A DNA stretch of 64,000 bases from Auanema rhodensis. Its lineage: Eukaryota; Animalia; Nematoda. The stretch lies in NCBI GenBank assembly GCA_964057225.1, contig OZ059895.1:2356001-2420000 (forward strand), read 5' to 3'. The position numbers were made by a program, and so were the translations under genes. A model generated the notes under the pieces. It searched no databases. It saw nothing but the letters and a program-made list of their open reading frames with translations, and was not told where the DNA came from. This document shows, one piece after another, positions 10,701 through 25,974 of the stretch (position 1 is the first letter of the stretch; each line of letters opens with the position of its first letter).

Positions 10701-13700
10701 ATAAGTTCACACTTATATCCTCGATTTTCACCCTGAAGAATTAATTTTTTCGTTGAATAACATTGTCCATCGTCTTTGCCTGGAAAAATGGAATCTAAAA
10801 ACATCTACTTTTTGCTAAATTATTTTGAAATTTTTCGAAAAAATTTTTGTCAAAATGTTTTTGGAAGCAATGTTGAGTGTACATGGAAACTCAACATACA
10901 CTAATGCATCATTTTTCAAACGATCATAACTAATTTTTGTATCAAGCGTTTCTCAATGTAGTATAGTGCATTCGATGCGAATTTTTAAGCTGCGTCGATC
11001 TGTGTTATCAGATTTGCGCTAGCTTAAAAATGCACCGAGATATCAACTGATATAAGTTCACACTTATATCCTCGATTTTCACCCTGAAGAATTAATTTTT
11101 TCGTTGAATAGCATTGTCCATCGTCTTTGCCTTGAAAAAAGGAATCTAAAAACATCTACTTTTTGCTAAATTATTTTGAAATTTTTCGAAAAAATTTTTG
11201 TCAAAATGTTTTTGGAAGCAATGTTGAGTGTACATGGAAACTCAACATACACTAATGCATCATTTTTCAAACGATCATAACTAATTTTTGTATCAAGCGT
11301 TTCTCGATGTAGTATAGTGCATTCGATGCGGATTTTTAAGCTGCGTCGATCTGTGTTATCAGATTTGCGCTAGCTTAAAAATGCACCGAGATATCAACTG
11401 ATATAAGTTCACACTTATATCCTCGATTTTCACCCTGAAGAATTAATTTTTTCGTTGAATAACATTGTCCATCGTCTTTGCCTGGAAAAATGGAATCTAA
11501 AAACATCTACTTTTTGCTAAATTATTTTGAAATTTTTCGAAAAAATTTTTGTCAAAATGTTTTTGGAAGCAATGTTGAGTGTACATGGAAACTCAACATA
11601 CACTAATGCATCATTTTTCAAACGATCATAACTAATTTTTTTATCAAGCGTTGCTCAATGTAGTATAGTGCATTCGATGCGAATTTTTAAGCTGCGTCGA
11701 TCTGTGTTATCAGATTTGCGCTAGCTTAAAAATGCACCGAGATATCAACTGATATAAGTTCACACTTATATCCTCGATTTTCACCCTGAAGAATTAATTT
11801 TTTCGTTGAATAGCATTGTCCATCGTCTTTGCCTTGAAAAAAGGAATCTAAAAACATCTACTTTTTGCTAAATTATTTTGAAATTTTTCGAAAAAATTTT
11901 TGTCAAAATGTTTTTGGAAGCAATGTTGAGTGTACATGGAAACTCAACATACACTAATGCATCATTTTTCAAACGATCATAACTAATTTTTGTATCAAGC
12001 GTTTCTCGATGTAGTATAGTGCATTCGATGCGGATTTTTAAGCTGCGTCGATCTGTGTTATCAGATTTGCGCTAGCTTAAAAATGCACCGAGATATCAAC
12101 TGATATAAGTTCACACTTATATCCTCGATTTTCACCCTGAAGAATTAATTTTTTCGTTGAATAACATTGTCCATCGTCTTTGCCTGGAAAAATGGAATCT
12201 AAAAACATCTACTTTTTGCTAAATTATTTTGAAATTTTTCGAAAAAATTTTTGTCAAAATGTTTTTGGAAGCAATGTTGAGTGTACATGGAAACTCAACA
12301 TACACTAATGCATCATTTTTCAAACGATCATAACTAATTTTTTTATCAAGCGTTGCTCAATGTAGTATAGTGCATTCGATGCGGATTTTTACGCTGCGTC
12401 GATCTGTGTTATCAGATTTGCGCTAGCTTAAAAATGCACCGAGATATCAACTGATATAAGTTCACACTTATATCCTCGATTTTCACCCTGAAGAATTAAT
12501 TTTTTCGTTGAATAACATTGTCCATCGTCTTTGCCTGGAAAAATGGAATCTAAAAACATCTACTTTTTGCTAAATTATTTTGAAATTTTTCGAAAAAATT
12601 TTTGTCAAAATGTTTTTGGAAGCAATGTTGAGTGTACATGGAAACTCACCATACACTAATGCATCATTTTTCAAACAATCATAACTAATTTGTGTATTAA
12701 GCGTTTTTCAATGTAGTATAGTGCATTCGATGCGGATTTTTAAGCTGCGTCGATCTGTGTTATCAGATTTGCGCTAGCTTAAAAATGCACCGAGATATCA
12801 ACTGATATAAGTTCACACTTATATCCTCGATTTTCACCCTGAAGAATTAATTTTTTCGTTGAATAACATTGTCTATCGTCTTTGCCTTGAAAAATGGAAT
12901 CTAAAAACATCTACTTTTTGCTAAATTATTTTGAAATTTTTGGAAAAAATTTTTGTCAAAATGTTTTTGGAAGCAATGTTGAGTGTACATGGAAACTCAA
13001 CATACACTAATGCATCATTTTTCAAACGATCATAACTAATTTTTTTATCAAGCGTTTCTCAATGTAGTATAGTGCATTCGATGCGGATTTTTAAGCTGCG
13101 TCGATCTGTGTTATCAGATTTGCGCTAGCTTAAAAATGCACCGAGATATCAACTGATATAAGTTCACACTTATATCCTCGATTTTCACCCTGAAGAATTA
13201 ATTTTTTCGTTGAATAACATTGTCCATCGTCTTTGCCTGGAAAAATGGAATCTAAAAACATCTACTTTTTGCTAAATTATTTTGAAATTTTTCGAAAAAA
13301 TTTTTGTCAAAATGTTTTTGGAAGCAATGTTGAGTGTACATGGAAACTCAACATACACTAATGCATCATTTTTCAAACAATCATAACTAATTTGTGTATT
13401 AAGCGTTTTTCAATGTAGTATAGTGCATTCGATGCGGATTTTTAAGCTGCGTCGATCTGTGTTATCAGATTTGCGCTAGCTTAAAAATGCACCGAGATAT
13501 CAACTGATATAAGTTCACACTTATATCCTCGATTTTCACCCTGAAGAATTGATTTTTTCGTTGAATAACATTGTCTATCGTCTTTGCCTTGAAAAATGGA
13601 ATCTAAAAACATCTACTTTTTGCTAAATTATCTTGAAATTTTTCGAAAAAATTTTTGTCAAAATGTTTTTGGAAGCAATGTTGAGTGTACATGGAAACTC

Positions 13701-16700
13701 AACATACACTAATGCATCATTTTTCAAACAATCATAACTAATTTGTGTATTAAGCGTTTTTCAATGTAGTATAGTGCATTCGATGCGGATTTTTAAGCTG
13801 CGTCGATCTGTGTTATCAGATTTGCGCTAGCTTAAAAATGCACCGAGATATCAACTGATATAAGTTCACACTTATATCCTCGATTTTCACCCTGAAGAAT
13901 TAATTTTTTCGTTGAATAACATTGTCTATCGTCTTTGCCTTGAAAAATGGAATCTAAAAACATCTACTTTTTGCTAAATTATTTTGAAATTTTTGGAAAA
14001 AATTTTTGTCAAAATGTTTTTGGAAGCAATGTTGAGTGTACATGGAAACTCAACATACACTAATGCATCATTTTTCAAACGATCATAACTAATTTTTGTA
14101 TTAAGCGTTTCTCAATGTAGTATAGTGCATTCGATGCGAATTTTTAAGCTGCGTCGATCTGTGTTATCAGATTTGCGCTAGCTTAAAAATGCACCGAGAT
14201 ATCAACTGATATAAGTTCACACTTATATCCTCGATTTTCACCCTGAAGAATTAATTTTTTCGTTGAATAGCATTGTCCATCGTCTTTGCCTTGAAAAAAG
14301 GAATCTAAAAACATCTACTTTTTGCTAAATTATTTTGAAATTTTTCGAAAAAATTTTTGTCAAAATGTTTTTGGAAGCAATGTTGAGTGTACATGGAAAC
14401 TCAACATACACTAATGCATCATTTTTCAAACGATCATAACTAATTTTTGTATCAAGCGTTTCTCGATGTAGTATAGTGCATTCGATGCGGATTTTTAAGC
14501 TGCGTCGATCTGTGTTATCAGATTTGCGCTAGCTTAAAAATGCACCGAGATATCAACTGATATAAGTTCACACTTATATCCTCGATTTTCACCCTGAAGA
14601 ATTAATTTTTTCGTTGAATAACATTGTCCATCGTCTTTGCCTGGAAAAATGGAATCTAAAAACATCTACTTTTTGCTAAATTATTTTGAAATTTTTCGAA
14701 AAAATTTTTGTCAAAATGTTTTTGGAAGCAATGTTGAGTGTACATGGAAACTCAACATACACTAATGCATCATTTTTCAAACAATCATAACTAATTTGTG
14801 TATTAAGCGTTTTTCAATGTAGTATAGTGCATTCGATGCGGATTTTTAAGCTGCGTCGATCTGTGTTATCAGATTTGCGCTAGCTTAAAAATGCACCGAG
14901 ATATCAACTGATATAAGTTCACACTTATATCCTCGATTTTCACCCTGAAGAATTAATTTTTTCGTTGAATAACATTGTCCATCGTCTTTGCCTGGAAAAA
15001 TGGAATCTAAAAACATCTACTTTTTGCTAAATTATTTTGAAATTTTTCGAAAAAATTTTTGTCAAAATGTTTTTGGAAGCAATGTTGAGTGTACATGGAA
15101 ACTCAACATACACTAATGCATCATTTTTCAAACAATCATAACTAATTTGTGTATTAAGCGTTTTTCAATGTAGTATAGTGCATTCGATGCGGATTTTTAA
15201 GCTGCGTCGATCTGTGTTATCAGATTTGCGCTAGCTTAAAAATGCACCGAGATATCAACTGATATAAGTTCACACTTATATCCTCGATTTTCACCCTGAA
15301 GAATTAATTTTTTCGTTGAATAACATTGTCTATCGTCTTTGCCTTGAAAAATGGAATCTAAAAACATCTACTTTTTGCTAAATTATTTTGAAATTTTTGG
15401 AAAAAATTTTTGTCAAAATGTTTTTGGAAGCAATGTTGAGTGTACATGGAAACTCAACATACACTAATGCATCATTTTTCAAACGATCATAACTAATTTT
15501 TTTATCAAGCGTTTCTCAATGTAGTATAGTGCATTCGATGCGGATTTTTAAGCTGCGTCGATCTGTGTTATCAGATTTGCGCTAGCTTAAAAATGCACCG
15601 AGATATCAACTGATATAAGTTCACACTTATATCCTCGATTTTCACCCTGAAGAATTAATTTTTTCGTTGAATAACATTGTCCATCGTCTTTGCCTGGAAA
15701 AATGGAATCTAAAAACATCTACTTTTTGCTAAATTATTTTGAAATTTTTCGAAAAAATTTTTGTCAAAATGTTTTTGGAAGCAATGTTGAGTGTACATGG
15801 AAACTCAACATACACTAATGCATCATTTTTCAAACGATCATAACTAATTTTTGTATCAAGCGTTTCTCGATGTAGTATAGTGCATTCGATGCGGATTTTT
15901 AAGCTGCGTCGATCTGTGTTATCAGATTTGCGCTAGCTTAAAAATGCACCGAGATATCAACTGATATAAGTTCACACTTATATCCTCGATTTTCACCCTG
16001 AAGAATTAATTTTTTCGTTGAATAACATTGTCCATCGTCTTTGCCTGGAAAAATGGAATCTAAAAACATCTACTTTTTGCTAAATTATTTTGAAATTTTT
16101 CGAAAAAATTTTTGTCAAAATGTTTTTGGAAGCAATGTTGAGTGTACATGGAAACTCAACATACACTAATGCATCATTTTTCAAACGATCATAACTAATT
16201 TTTTTATCAAGCGTTTCTCAATGTAGTATAGTGCATTCGATGCGGATTTTTAAGCTGCGTCGATCTGTGTTATCAGATTTGCGCTAGCTTAAAAATGCAC
16301 CGAGATATCAACTGATATAAGTTCACACTTATATCCTCGATTTTCACCCTGAAGAATTAATTTTTTCGTTGAATAACATTGTCCATCGTCTTTGCCTGGA
16401 AAAATGGAATCTAAAAACATCTACTTTTTGCTAAATTATTTTGAAATTTTTCGAAAAAATTTTTGTCAAAATGTTTTTGGAAGCAATGTTGAGTGTACAT
16501 GGAAACTCAACATACACTAATGCATCATTTTTCAAACAATCATAACTAATTTGTGTATTAAGCGTTTTTCAATGTAGTATAGTGCATTCGATGCGGATTT
16601 TTAAGCTGCGTCGATCTGTGTTATCAGATTTGCGCTAGCTTAAAAATGCACCGAGATATCAACTGATATAAGTTCACACTTATATCCTCGATTTTCACCC

Positions 16701-17199
16701 TGAAGAATTAATTTTTTCGTTGAATAACATTGTCCATCGTCTTTGCCTGGAAAAATGGAATCTAAAAACATCTACTTTTTGCTAAATTATTTTGAAATTT
16801 TTCGAAAAAATTTTTGTCAAAATGTTTTTGGAAGCAATGTTGAGTGTACATGGAAACTCAACATACACTAATGCATCATTTTTCAAACAATCATAACTAA
16901 TTTGTGTATTAAGCGTTTTTCAATGTAGTATAGTGCATTCGATGCGGATTTTTAAGCTGCGTCGATCTGTGTTATCAGATTTGCGCTAGCTTAAAAATGC
17001 ACCGAGATATCAACTGATATAAGTTCACACTTATATCCTCGATTTTCACCCTGAAGAATTAATTTTTTCGTTGAATAACATTGTCCATCGTCTTTGCCTG
17101 GAAAAATGGAATCTAAAAACATCTACTTTTTGCTAAATTATTTTGAAATTTTTCGAAAAAATTTTTGTCAAAATGTTTTTGGAAGCAATGTTGAGTGTA

Positions 17200-20100
17200 C
17201 ATGGAAACTCAACATACACTAATGCATCATTTTTCAAACAATCATAACTAATTTGTGTATTAAGCGTTTCTCAATGTAGTATAGTGCATTCGATGCGGAT
17301 TTTTAAGCTGCGTCGATCTGTGTTATCAGATTTGCGCTAGCTTAAAAATGCACCGAGATATCAACTGATATAAGTTCACACTTATATCCTCGATTTTCAC
17401 CCTGAAGAATTAATTTTTTCGTTGAATAACATTGTCCATCGTCTTTGCCTGGAAAAATGGAATCTAAAAACATCTACTTTTTGCTAAATTATTTTGAAAT
17501 TTTTCGAAAAAATTTTTGTCAAAATGTTTTTGGAAGCAATGTTGAGTGTACATGGAAACTCAACATACACTAATGCATCATTTTTCAAACAATCATAACT
17601 AATTTGTGTATTAAGCGTTTTTCAATGTAGTATAGTGCATTCGATGCGGATTTTTAAGCTGCGTCGATCTGTGTTATCAGATTTGCGCTAGCTTAAAAAT
17701 GCACCGAGATATCAACTGATATAAGTTCACACTTATATCCTCGATTTTCACCCTGAAGAATTAATTTTTTCGTTGAATAACATTGTCTATCGTCTTTGCC
17801 TTGAAAAATGGAATCTAAAAACATCTACTTTTTGCTAAATTATTTTGAAATTTTTGGAAAAAATTTTTGTCAAAATGTTTTTGGAAGCAATGTTGAGTGT
17901 ACATGGAAACTCAACATACACTAATGCATCATTTTTCAAACGATCATAACTAATTTTTTTATCAAGCGTTTCTCAATGTAGTATAGTGCATTCGATGCGG
18001 ATTTTTAAGCTGCGTCGATCTGTGTTATCAGATTTGCGCTAGCTTAAAAATGCACCGAGATATCAACTGATATAAGTTCACACTTATATCCTCGATTTTC
18101 ACCCTGAAGAATTAATTTTTTCGTTGAATAACATTGTCCATCGTCTTTGCCTGGAAAAATGGAATCTAAAAACATCTACTTTTTGCTAAATTATTTTGAA
18201 ATTTTTCGAAAAAATTTTTGTCAAAATGTTTTTGGAAGCAATGTTGAGTGTACATGGAAACTCAACATACACTAATGCATCATTTTTCAAACGATCATAA
18301 CTAATTTTTGTATCAAGCGTTTCTCAATGTAGTATAGTGCATTCGATGCGGATTTTTAAGCTGCGTCGATCTGTGTTATCAGATTTGCGCTAGCTTAAAA
18401 ATGCACCGAGATATCAACTGATATAAGTTCACACTTATATCCTCGATTTTCACCCTGAAGAATTAATTTTTTCGTTGAATAACATTGTCCATCGTCTTTG
18501 CCTGGAAAAATGGAATCTAAAAACATCTACTTTTTGCTAAATTATTTTGAAATTTTTCGAAAAAATTTTTGTCAAAATGTTTTTGGAAGCAATGTTGAGT
18601 GTACATGGAAACTCAACATACACTAATGCATCATTTTTCAAACAATCATAACTAATTTGTGTATTAAGCGTTTTTCAATGTAGTATAGTGCATTCGATGC
18701 GGATTTTTAAGCTGCGTCGATCTGTGTTATCAGATTTGCGCTAGCTTAAAAATGCACCGAGATATCAACTGATATAAGTTCACACTTATATCCTCGATTT
18801 TCACCCTGAAGAATTAATTTTTTCGTTGAATAACATTGTCTATCGTCTTTGCCTTGAAAAATGGAATCTAAAAACATCTACTTTTTGCTAAATTATTTTG
18901 AAATTTTTTGAAAAAATTTTTGTCAAAATGTTTTTGGAAGCAATGTTGAGTGTACATGGAAACTCAACATACACTAATGCATCATTTTTCAAACGATCAT
19001 AACTAATTTTTTTATCAAGCGTTTCTCAATGTAGTATAGTGCATTCGATGCGGATTTTTAAGCTGCGTCGATCTGTGTTATCAGATTTGCGCTAGCTTAA
19101 AAATGCACCGAGATATCAACTGATATAAGTTCACACTTATATCCTCGATTTTCACCCTGAAGAATTAATTTTTTCGTTGAATAACATTGTCCATCGTCTT
19201 TGCCTGGAAAAATGGAATCTAAAAACATCTACTTTTTGCTAAATTATTTTGAAATTTTTCGAAAAAATTTTTGTCAAAATGTTTTTGGAAGCAATGTTGA
19301 GTGTACATGGAAACTCAACATACACTAATGCATCATTTTTCAAACAATCATAACTAATTTGTGTATTAAGCGTTTTTCAATGTAGTATAGTGCATTCGAT
19401 GCGGATTTTTAAGCTGCGTCGATCTGTGTTATCAGATTTGCGCTAGCTTAAAAATGCACCGAGATATCAACTGATATAAGTTCACACTTATATCCTCGAT
19501 TTTCACCCTGAAGAATTAATTTTTTCGTTGAATAACATTGTCTATCGTCTTTGCCTTGAAAAATGGAATCTAAAAACATCTACTTTTTGCTAAATTATTT
19601 TGAAATTTTTGGAAAAAATTTTTGTCAAAATGTTTTTGGAAGCAATGTTGAGTGTACATGGAAACTCAACATACACTAATGCATCATTTTTCAAACGATC
19701 ATAACTAATTTTTGTATTAAGCGTTTCTCAATGTAGTATAGTGCATTCGATGCGAATTTTTAAGCTGCGTCGATCTGTGTTATCAGATTTGCGCTAGCTT
19801 AAAAATACACCGAGATATCAACTGATATAAGTTCACACTTATATCCTCGATTTTCACCCTGAAGAATTAATTTTTTCGTTGAATAGCATTGTCCATCGTC
19901 TTTGCCTTGAAAAAAGGAATCTAAAAACATCTACTTTTTGCTAAATTATTTTGAAATTTTTCGAAAAAATTTTTGTCAAAATGTTTTTGGAAGCAATGTT
20001 GAGTGTACATGGAAACTCAACATACACTAATGCATCATTTTTCAAACGATCATAACTAATTTTTGTATCAAGCGTTTCTCGATGTAGTATAGTGCATTCG

Positions 20101-23100
20101 ATGCGGATTTTTAAGCTGCGTCGATCTGTGTTATCAGATTTGCGCTAGCTTAAAAATGCACCGAGATATCAACTGATATAAGTTCACACTTATATCCTCG
20201 ATTTTCACCCTGAAGAATTAATTTTTTCGTTGAATAACATTGTCCATCGTCTTTGCCTGGAAAAATGGAATCTAAAAACATCTACTTTTTGCTAAATTAT
20301 TTTGAAATTTTTCGAAAAAATTTTTGTCAAAATGTTTTTGGAAGCAATGTTGAGTGTACATGGAAACTCAACATACACTAATGCATCATTTTTCAAACGA
20401 TCATAACTAATTTTTTTATCAAGCGTTTCTCAATGTAGTATAGTGCATTCGATGCGGATTTTTAAGCTGCGTCGATCTGTGTTATCAGATTTGCGCTAGC
20501 TTAAAAATGCACCGAGATATCAACTGATATAAGTTCACACTTATATCCTCGATTTTCACCCTGAAGAATTAATTTTTTCGTTGAATAACATTGTCCATCG
20601 TCTTTGCCTGGAAAAATGGAATCTAAAAACATCTACTTTTTGCTAAATTATTTTGAAATTTTTCGAAAAAATTTTTGTCAAAATGTTTTTGGAAGCAATG
20701 TTGAGTGTACATGGAAACTCAACATACACTAATGCATCATTTTTCAAACAATCATAACTAATTTGTGTATTAAGCGTTTTTCAATGTAGTATAGTGCATT
20801 CGATGCGGATTTTTAAGCTGCGTCGATCTGTGTTATCAGATTTGCGCTAGCTTAAAAATGCACCGAGATATCAACTGATATAAGTTCACACTTATATCCT
20901 CGATTTTCACCCTGAAGAATTAATTTTTTCGTTGAATAACATTGTCTATCGTCTTTGCCTTGAAAAATGGAATCTAAAAACATCTACTTTTTGCTAAATT
21001 ATTTTGAAATTTTTGGAAAAAATTTTTGTCAAAATGTTTTTGGAAGCAATGTTGAGTGTACATGGAAACTCAACATACACTAATGCATCATTTTTCAAAC
21101 GATCATAACTAATTTTTGTATTAAGCGTTTCTCAATGTAGTATAGTGCATTCGATGCGAATTTTTAAGCTGCGTCGATCTGTGTTATCAGATTTGCGCTA
21201 GCTTAAAAATGCACCGAGATATCAACTGATATAAGTTCACACTTATATCCTCGATTTTCACCCTGAAGAATTAATTTTTTCGTTGAATAACATTGTCCAT
21301 CGTCTTTGCCTGGAAAAATGGAATCTAAAAACATCTACTTTTTGCTAAATTATTTTGAAATTTTTCGAAAAAATTTTTGTCAAAATGTTTTTGGAAGCAA
21401 TGTTGAGTGTACATGGAAACTCAACATACACTAATGCATCATTTTTCAAACGATCATAACTAATTTTTTTATCAAGCGTTTCTCAATGTAGTATAGTGCA
21501 TTCGATGCGGATTTTTAAGCTGCGTCGATCTGTGTTATCAGATTTGCGCTAGCTTAAAAATGCACCGAGATATCAACTGATATAAGTTCACACTTATATC
21601 CTCGATTTTCACCCTGAAGAATTAATTTTTTCGTTGAATAACATTGTCCATCGTCTTTGCCTGGAAAAATGGAATCTAAAAACATCTACTTTTTGCTAAA
21701 TTATTTTGAAATTTTTCGAAAAAATTTTTGTCAAAATGTTTTTGGAAGCAATGTTGAGTGTACATGGAAACTCAACATACACTAATGCATCATTTTTCAA
21801 ACAATCATAACTAATTTGTGTATTAAGCGTTTCTCAATGTAGTATAGTGCATTCGATGCGGATTTTTAAGCTGCGTCGATCTGTGTTATCAGATTTGCGC
21901 TAGCTTAAAAATGCACCGAGATATCAACTGATATAAGTTCACACTTATATCCTCGATTTTCACCCTGAAGAATTAATTTTTTCGTTGAATAACATTGTCC
22001 ATCGTCTTTGCCTGGAAAAATGGAATCTAAAAACATCTACTTTTTGCTAAATTATTTTGAAATTTTTCGAAAAAATTTTTGTCAAAATGTTTTTGGAAGC
22101 AATGTTGAGTGTACATGGAAACTCAACATACACTAATGCATCATTTTTCAAACAATCATAACTAATTTGTGTATTAAGCGTTTTTCAATGTAGTATAGTG
22201 CATTCGATGCGGATTTTTAAGCTGCGTCGATCTGTGTTATCAGATTTGCGCTAGCTTAAAAATGCACCGAGATATCAACTGATATAAGTTCACACTTATA
22301 TCCTCGATTTTCACCCTGAAGAATTAATTTTTTCGTTGAATAACATTGTCTATCGTCTTTGCCTTGAAAAATGGAATCTAAAAACATCTACTTTTTGCTA
22401 AATTATTTTGAAATTTTTGGAAAAAATTTTTGTCAAAATGTTTTTGGAAGCAATGTTGAGTGTACATGGAAACTCAACATACACTAATGCATCATTTTTC
22501 AAACGATCATAACTAATTTTTTTATCAAGCGTTTCTCAATGTAGTATAGTGCATTCGATGCGGATTTTTAAGCTGCGTCGATCTGTGTTATCAGATTTGC
22601 GCTAGCTTAAAAATGCACCGAGATATCAACTGATATAAGTTCACACTTATATCCTCGATTTTCACCCTGAAGAATTAATTTTTTCGTTGAATAACATTGT
22701 CCATCGTCTTTGCCTGGAAAAATGGAATCTAAAAACATCTACTTTTTGCTAAATTATTTTGAAATTTTTCGAAAAAATTTTTGTCAAAATGTTTTTGGAA
22801 GCAATGTTGAGTGTACATGGAAACTCAACATACACTAATGCATCATTTTTCAAACGATCATAACTAATTTTTGTATCAAGCGTTTCTCAATGTAGTATAG
22901 TGCATTCGATGCGGATTTTTAAGCTGCGTCGATCTGTGTTATCAGATTTGCGCTAGCTTAAAAATGCACCGAGATATCAACTGATATAAGTTCACACTTA
23001 TATCCTCGATTTTCACCCTGAAGAATTAATTTTTTCGTTGAATAACATTGTCCATCGTCTTTGCCTGGAAAAATGGAATCTAAAAACATCTACTTTTTGC

Positions 23101-25974
23101 TAAATTATTTTGAAATTTTTCGAAAAAATTTTTGTCAAAATGTTTTTGGAAGCAATGTTGAGTGTACATGGAAACTCAACATACACTAATGCATCATTTT
23201 TCAAACAATCATAACTAATTTGTGTATTAAGCGTTTTTCAATGTAGTATAGTGCATTCGATGCGGATTTTTAAGCTGCGTCGATCTGTGTTATCAGATTT
23301 GCGCTAGCTTAAAAATGCACCGAGATATCAACTGATATAAGTTCACACTTATATCCTCGATTTTCACCCTGAAGAATTAATTTTTTCGTTGAATAACATT
23401 GTCTATCGTCTTTGCCTTGAAAAATGGAATCTAAAAACATCTACTTTTTGCTAAATTATTTTGAAATTTTTCGAAAAAATTTTTGTCAAAATGTTTTTGG
23501 AAGCAATGTTGAGTGTACATGGAAACTCAACATACACTAATGCATCATTTTTCAAACGATCATAACTAATTTTTTTATCAAGCGTTTCTCAATGTAGTAT
23601 AGTGCATTCGATGCGGATTTTTAAGCTGCGTCGATCTGTGTTATCAGATTTGCGCTAGCTTAAAAATGCACCGAGATATCAACTGATATAAGTTCACACT
23701 TATATCCTCGATTTTCACCCTGAAGAATTAATTTTTTCGTTGAATAACATTGTCCATCGTCTTTGCCTGGAAAAATGGAATCTAAAAACATCTACTTTTT
23801 GCTAAATTATTTTGAAATTTTTCGAAAAAATTTTTGTCAAAATGTTTTTGGAAGCAATGTTGAGTGTACATGGAAACTCAACATACACTAATGCATCATT
23901 TTTCAAACAATCATAACTAATTTGTGTATTAAGCGTTTTTCAATGTAGTATAGTGCATTCGATGCGGATTTTTAAGCTGCGTCGATCTGTGTTATCAGAT
24001 TTGCGCTAGCTTAAAAATGCACCGAGATATCAACTGATATAAGTTCACACTTATATCCTCGATTTTCACCCTGAAGAATTAATTTTTTCGTTGAATAACA
24101 TTGTCTATCGTCTTTGCCTTGAAAAATGGAATCTAAAAACATCTACTTTTTGCTAAATTATTCTGAAATTTTTGGAAAAAATTTTTGTCAAAATGTTTTT
24201 GGAAGCAATGTTGAGTGTACATGGAAACTCAACATACACTAATGCATCATTTTTCAAACGATCATAACTAATTTTTGTATTAAGCGTTTCTCAATGTAGT
24301 ATAGTGCATTCGATGCGAATTTTTAAGCTGCGTCGATCTGTGTTATCAGATTTGCGCTAGCTTAAAAATACACCGAGATATCAACTGATATAAGTTCACA
24401 CTTATATCCTCGATTTTCACCCTGAAGAATTAATTTTTTCGTTGAATAGCATTGTCCATCGTCTTTGCCTTGAAAAAAGGAATCTAAAAACATCTACTTT
24501 TTGCTAAATTATTTTGAAATTTTTCGAAAAAATTTTTGTCAAAATGTTTTTGGAAGCAATGTTGAGTGTACATGGAAACTCAACATACACTAATGCATCA
24601 TTTTTCAAACGATCATAACTAATTTTTGTATCAAGCGTTTCTCGATGTAGTATAGTGCATTCGATGCGGATTTTTAAGCTGCGTCGATCTGTGTTATCAG
24701 ATTTGCGCTAGCTTAAAAATGCACCGAGATATCAACTGATATAAGTTCACACTTATATCCTCGATTTTCACCCTGAAGAATTAATTTTTTCGTTGAATAA
24801 CATTGTCCATCGTCTTTGCCTGGAAAAATGGAATCTAAAAACATCTACTTTTTGCTAAATTATTTTGAAATTTTTCGAAAAAATTTTTGTCAAAATGTTT
24901 TTGGAAGCAATGTTGAGTGTACATGGAAACTCAACATACACTAATGCATCATTTTTCAAACGATCATAACTAATTTTTTTATCAAGCGTTTCTCAATGTA
25001 GTATAGTGCATTCGATGCGGATTTTTAAGCTGCGTCGATCTGTGTTATCAGATTTGCGCTAGCTTAAAAATGCACCGAGATATCAACTGATATAAGTTCA
25101 CACTTATATCCTCGATTTTCACCCTGAAGAATTAATTTTTTCGTTGAATAACATTGTCCATCGTCTTTGCCTGGAAAAATGGAATCTAAAAACATCTACT
25201 TTTTGCTAAATTATTTTGAAATTTTTCGAAAAAATTTTTGTCAAAATGTTTTTGGAAGCAATGATGAGTGTACATGGAAACTCAACATACACTAATGCAT
25301 CATTTTTCAAACAATCATAACTAATTTGTGTATTAAGCGTTTTTCAATGTAGTATAGTGCATTCGATGCGGATTTTTAAGCTGCGTCGATCTGTGTTATC
25401 AGATTTGCGCTAGCTTAAAAATGCACCGAGATATCAACTGATATAAGTTCACACTTATATCCTCGATTTTCACCCTGAAGAATTAATTTTTTCGTTGAAT
25501 AACATTGTCTATCGTCTTTGCCTTGAAAAATGGAATCTAAAAACATCTACTTTTTGCTAAATTATTTTGAAATTTTTGGAAAAAATTTTTGTCAAAATGT
25601 TTTTGGAAGCAATGTTGAGTGTACATGGAAACTCAACATACACTAATGCATCATTTTTCAAACGATCATAACTAATTTTTGTATTAAGCGTTTCTCAATG
25701 TAGTATAGTGCATTCGATGCGAATTTTTAAGCTGCGTCGATCTGTGTTATCAGATTTGCGCTAGCTTAAAAATGCACCGAGATATCAACTGATATAAGTT
25801 CACACTTATATCCTCGATTTTCACCCTGAAGAATTAATTTTTTCGTTGAATAGCATTGTCCATCGTCTTTGCCTTGAAAAAAGGAATCTAAAAACATCTA
25901 CTTTTTGCTAAATTATTTTGAAATTTTTCGAAAAAATTTTTGTCAAAATGTTTTTGGAAGCAATGTTGAGTGTA
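17200..25974 (+). repeat. 13-monomer (4563 bp) tandem block duplication
   Basis: The same order of monomer types starts at 17200 and at 21763. The private G151A variant (AAAAATACACC) occurs only at 19807 and 24370, exactly 13x351 apart. Confidence 0.85.
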
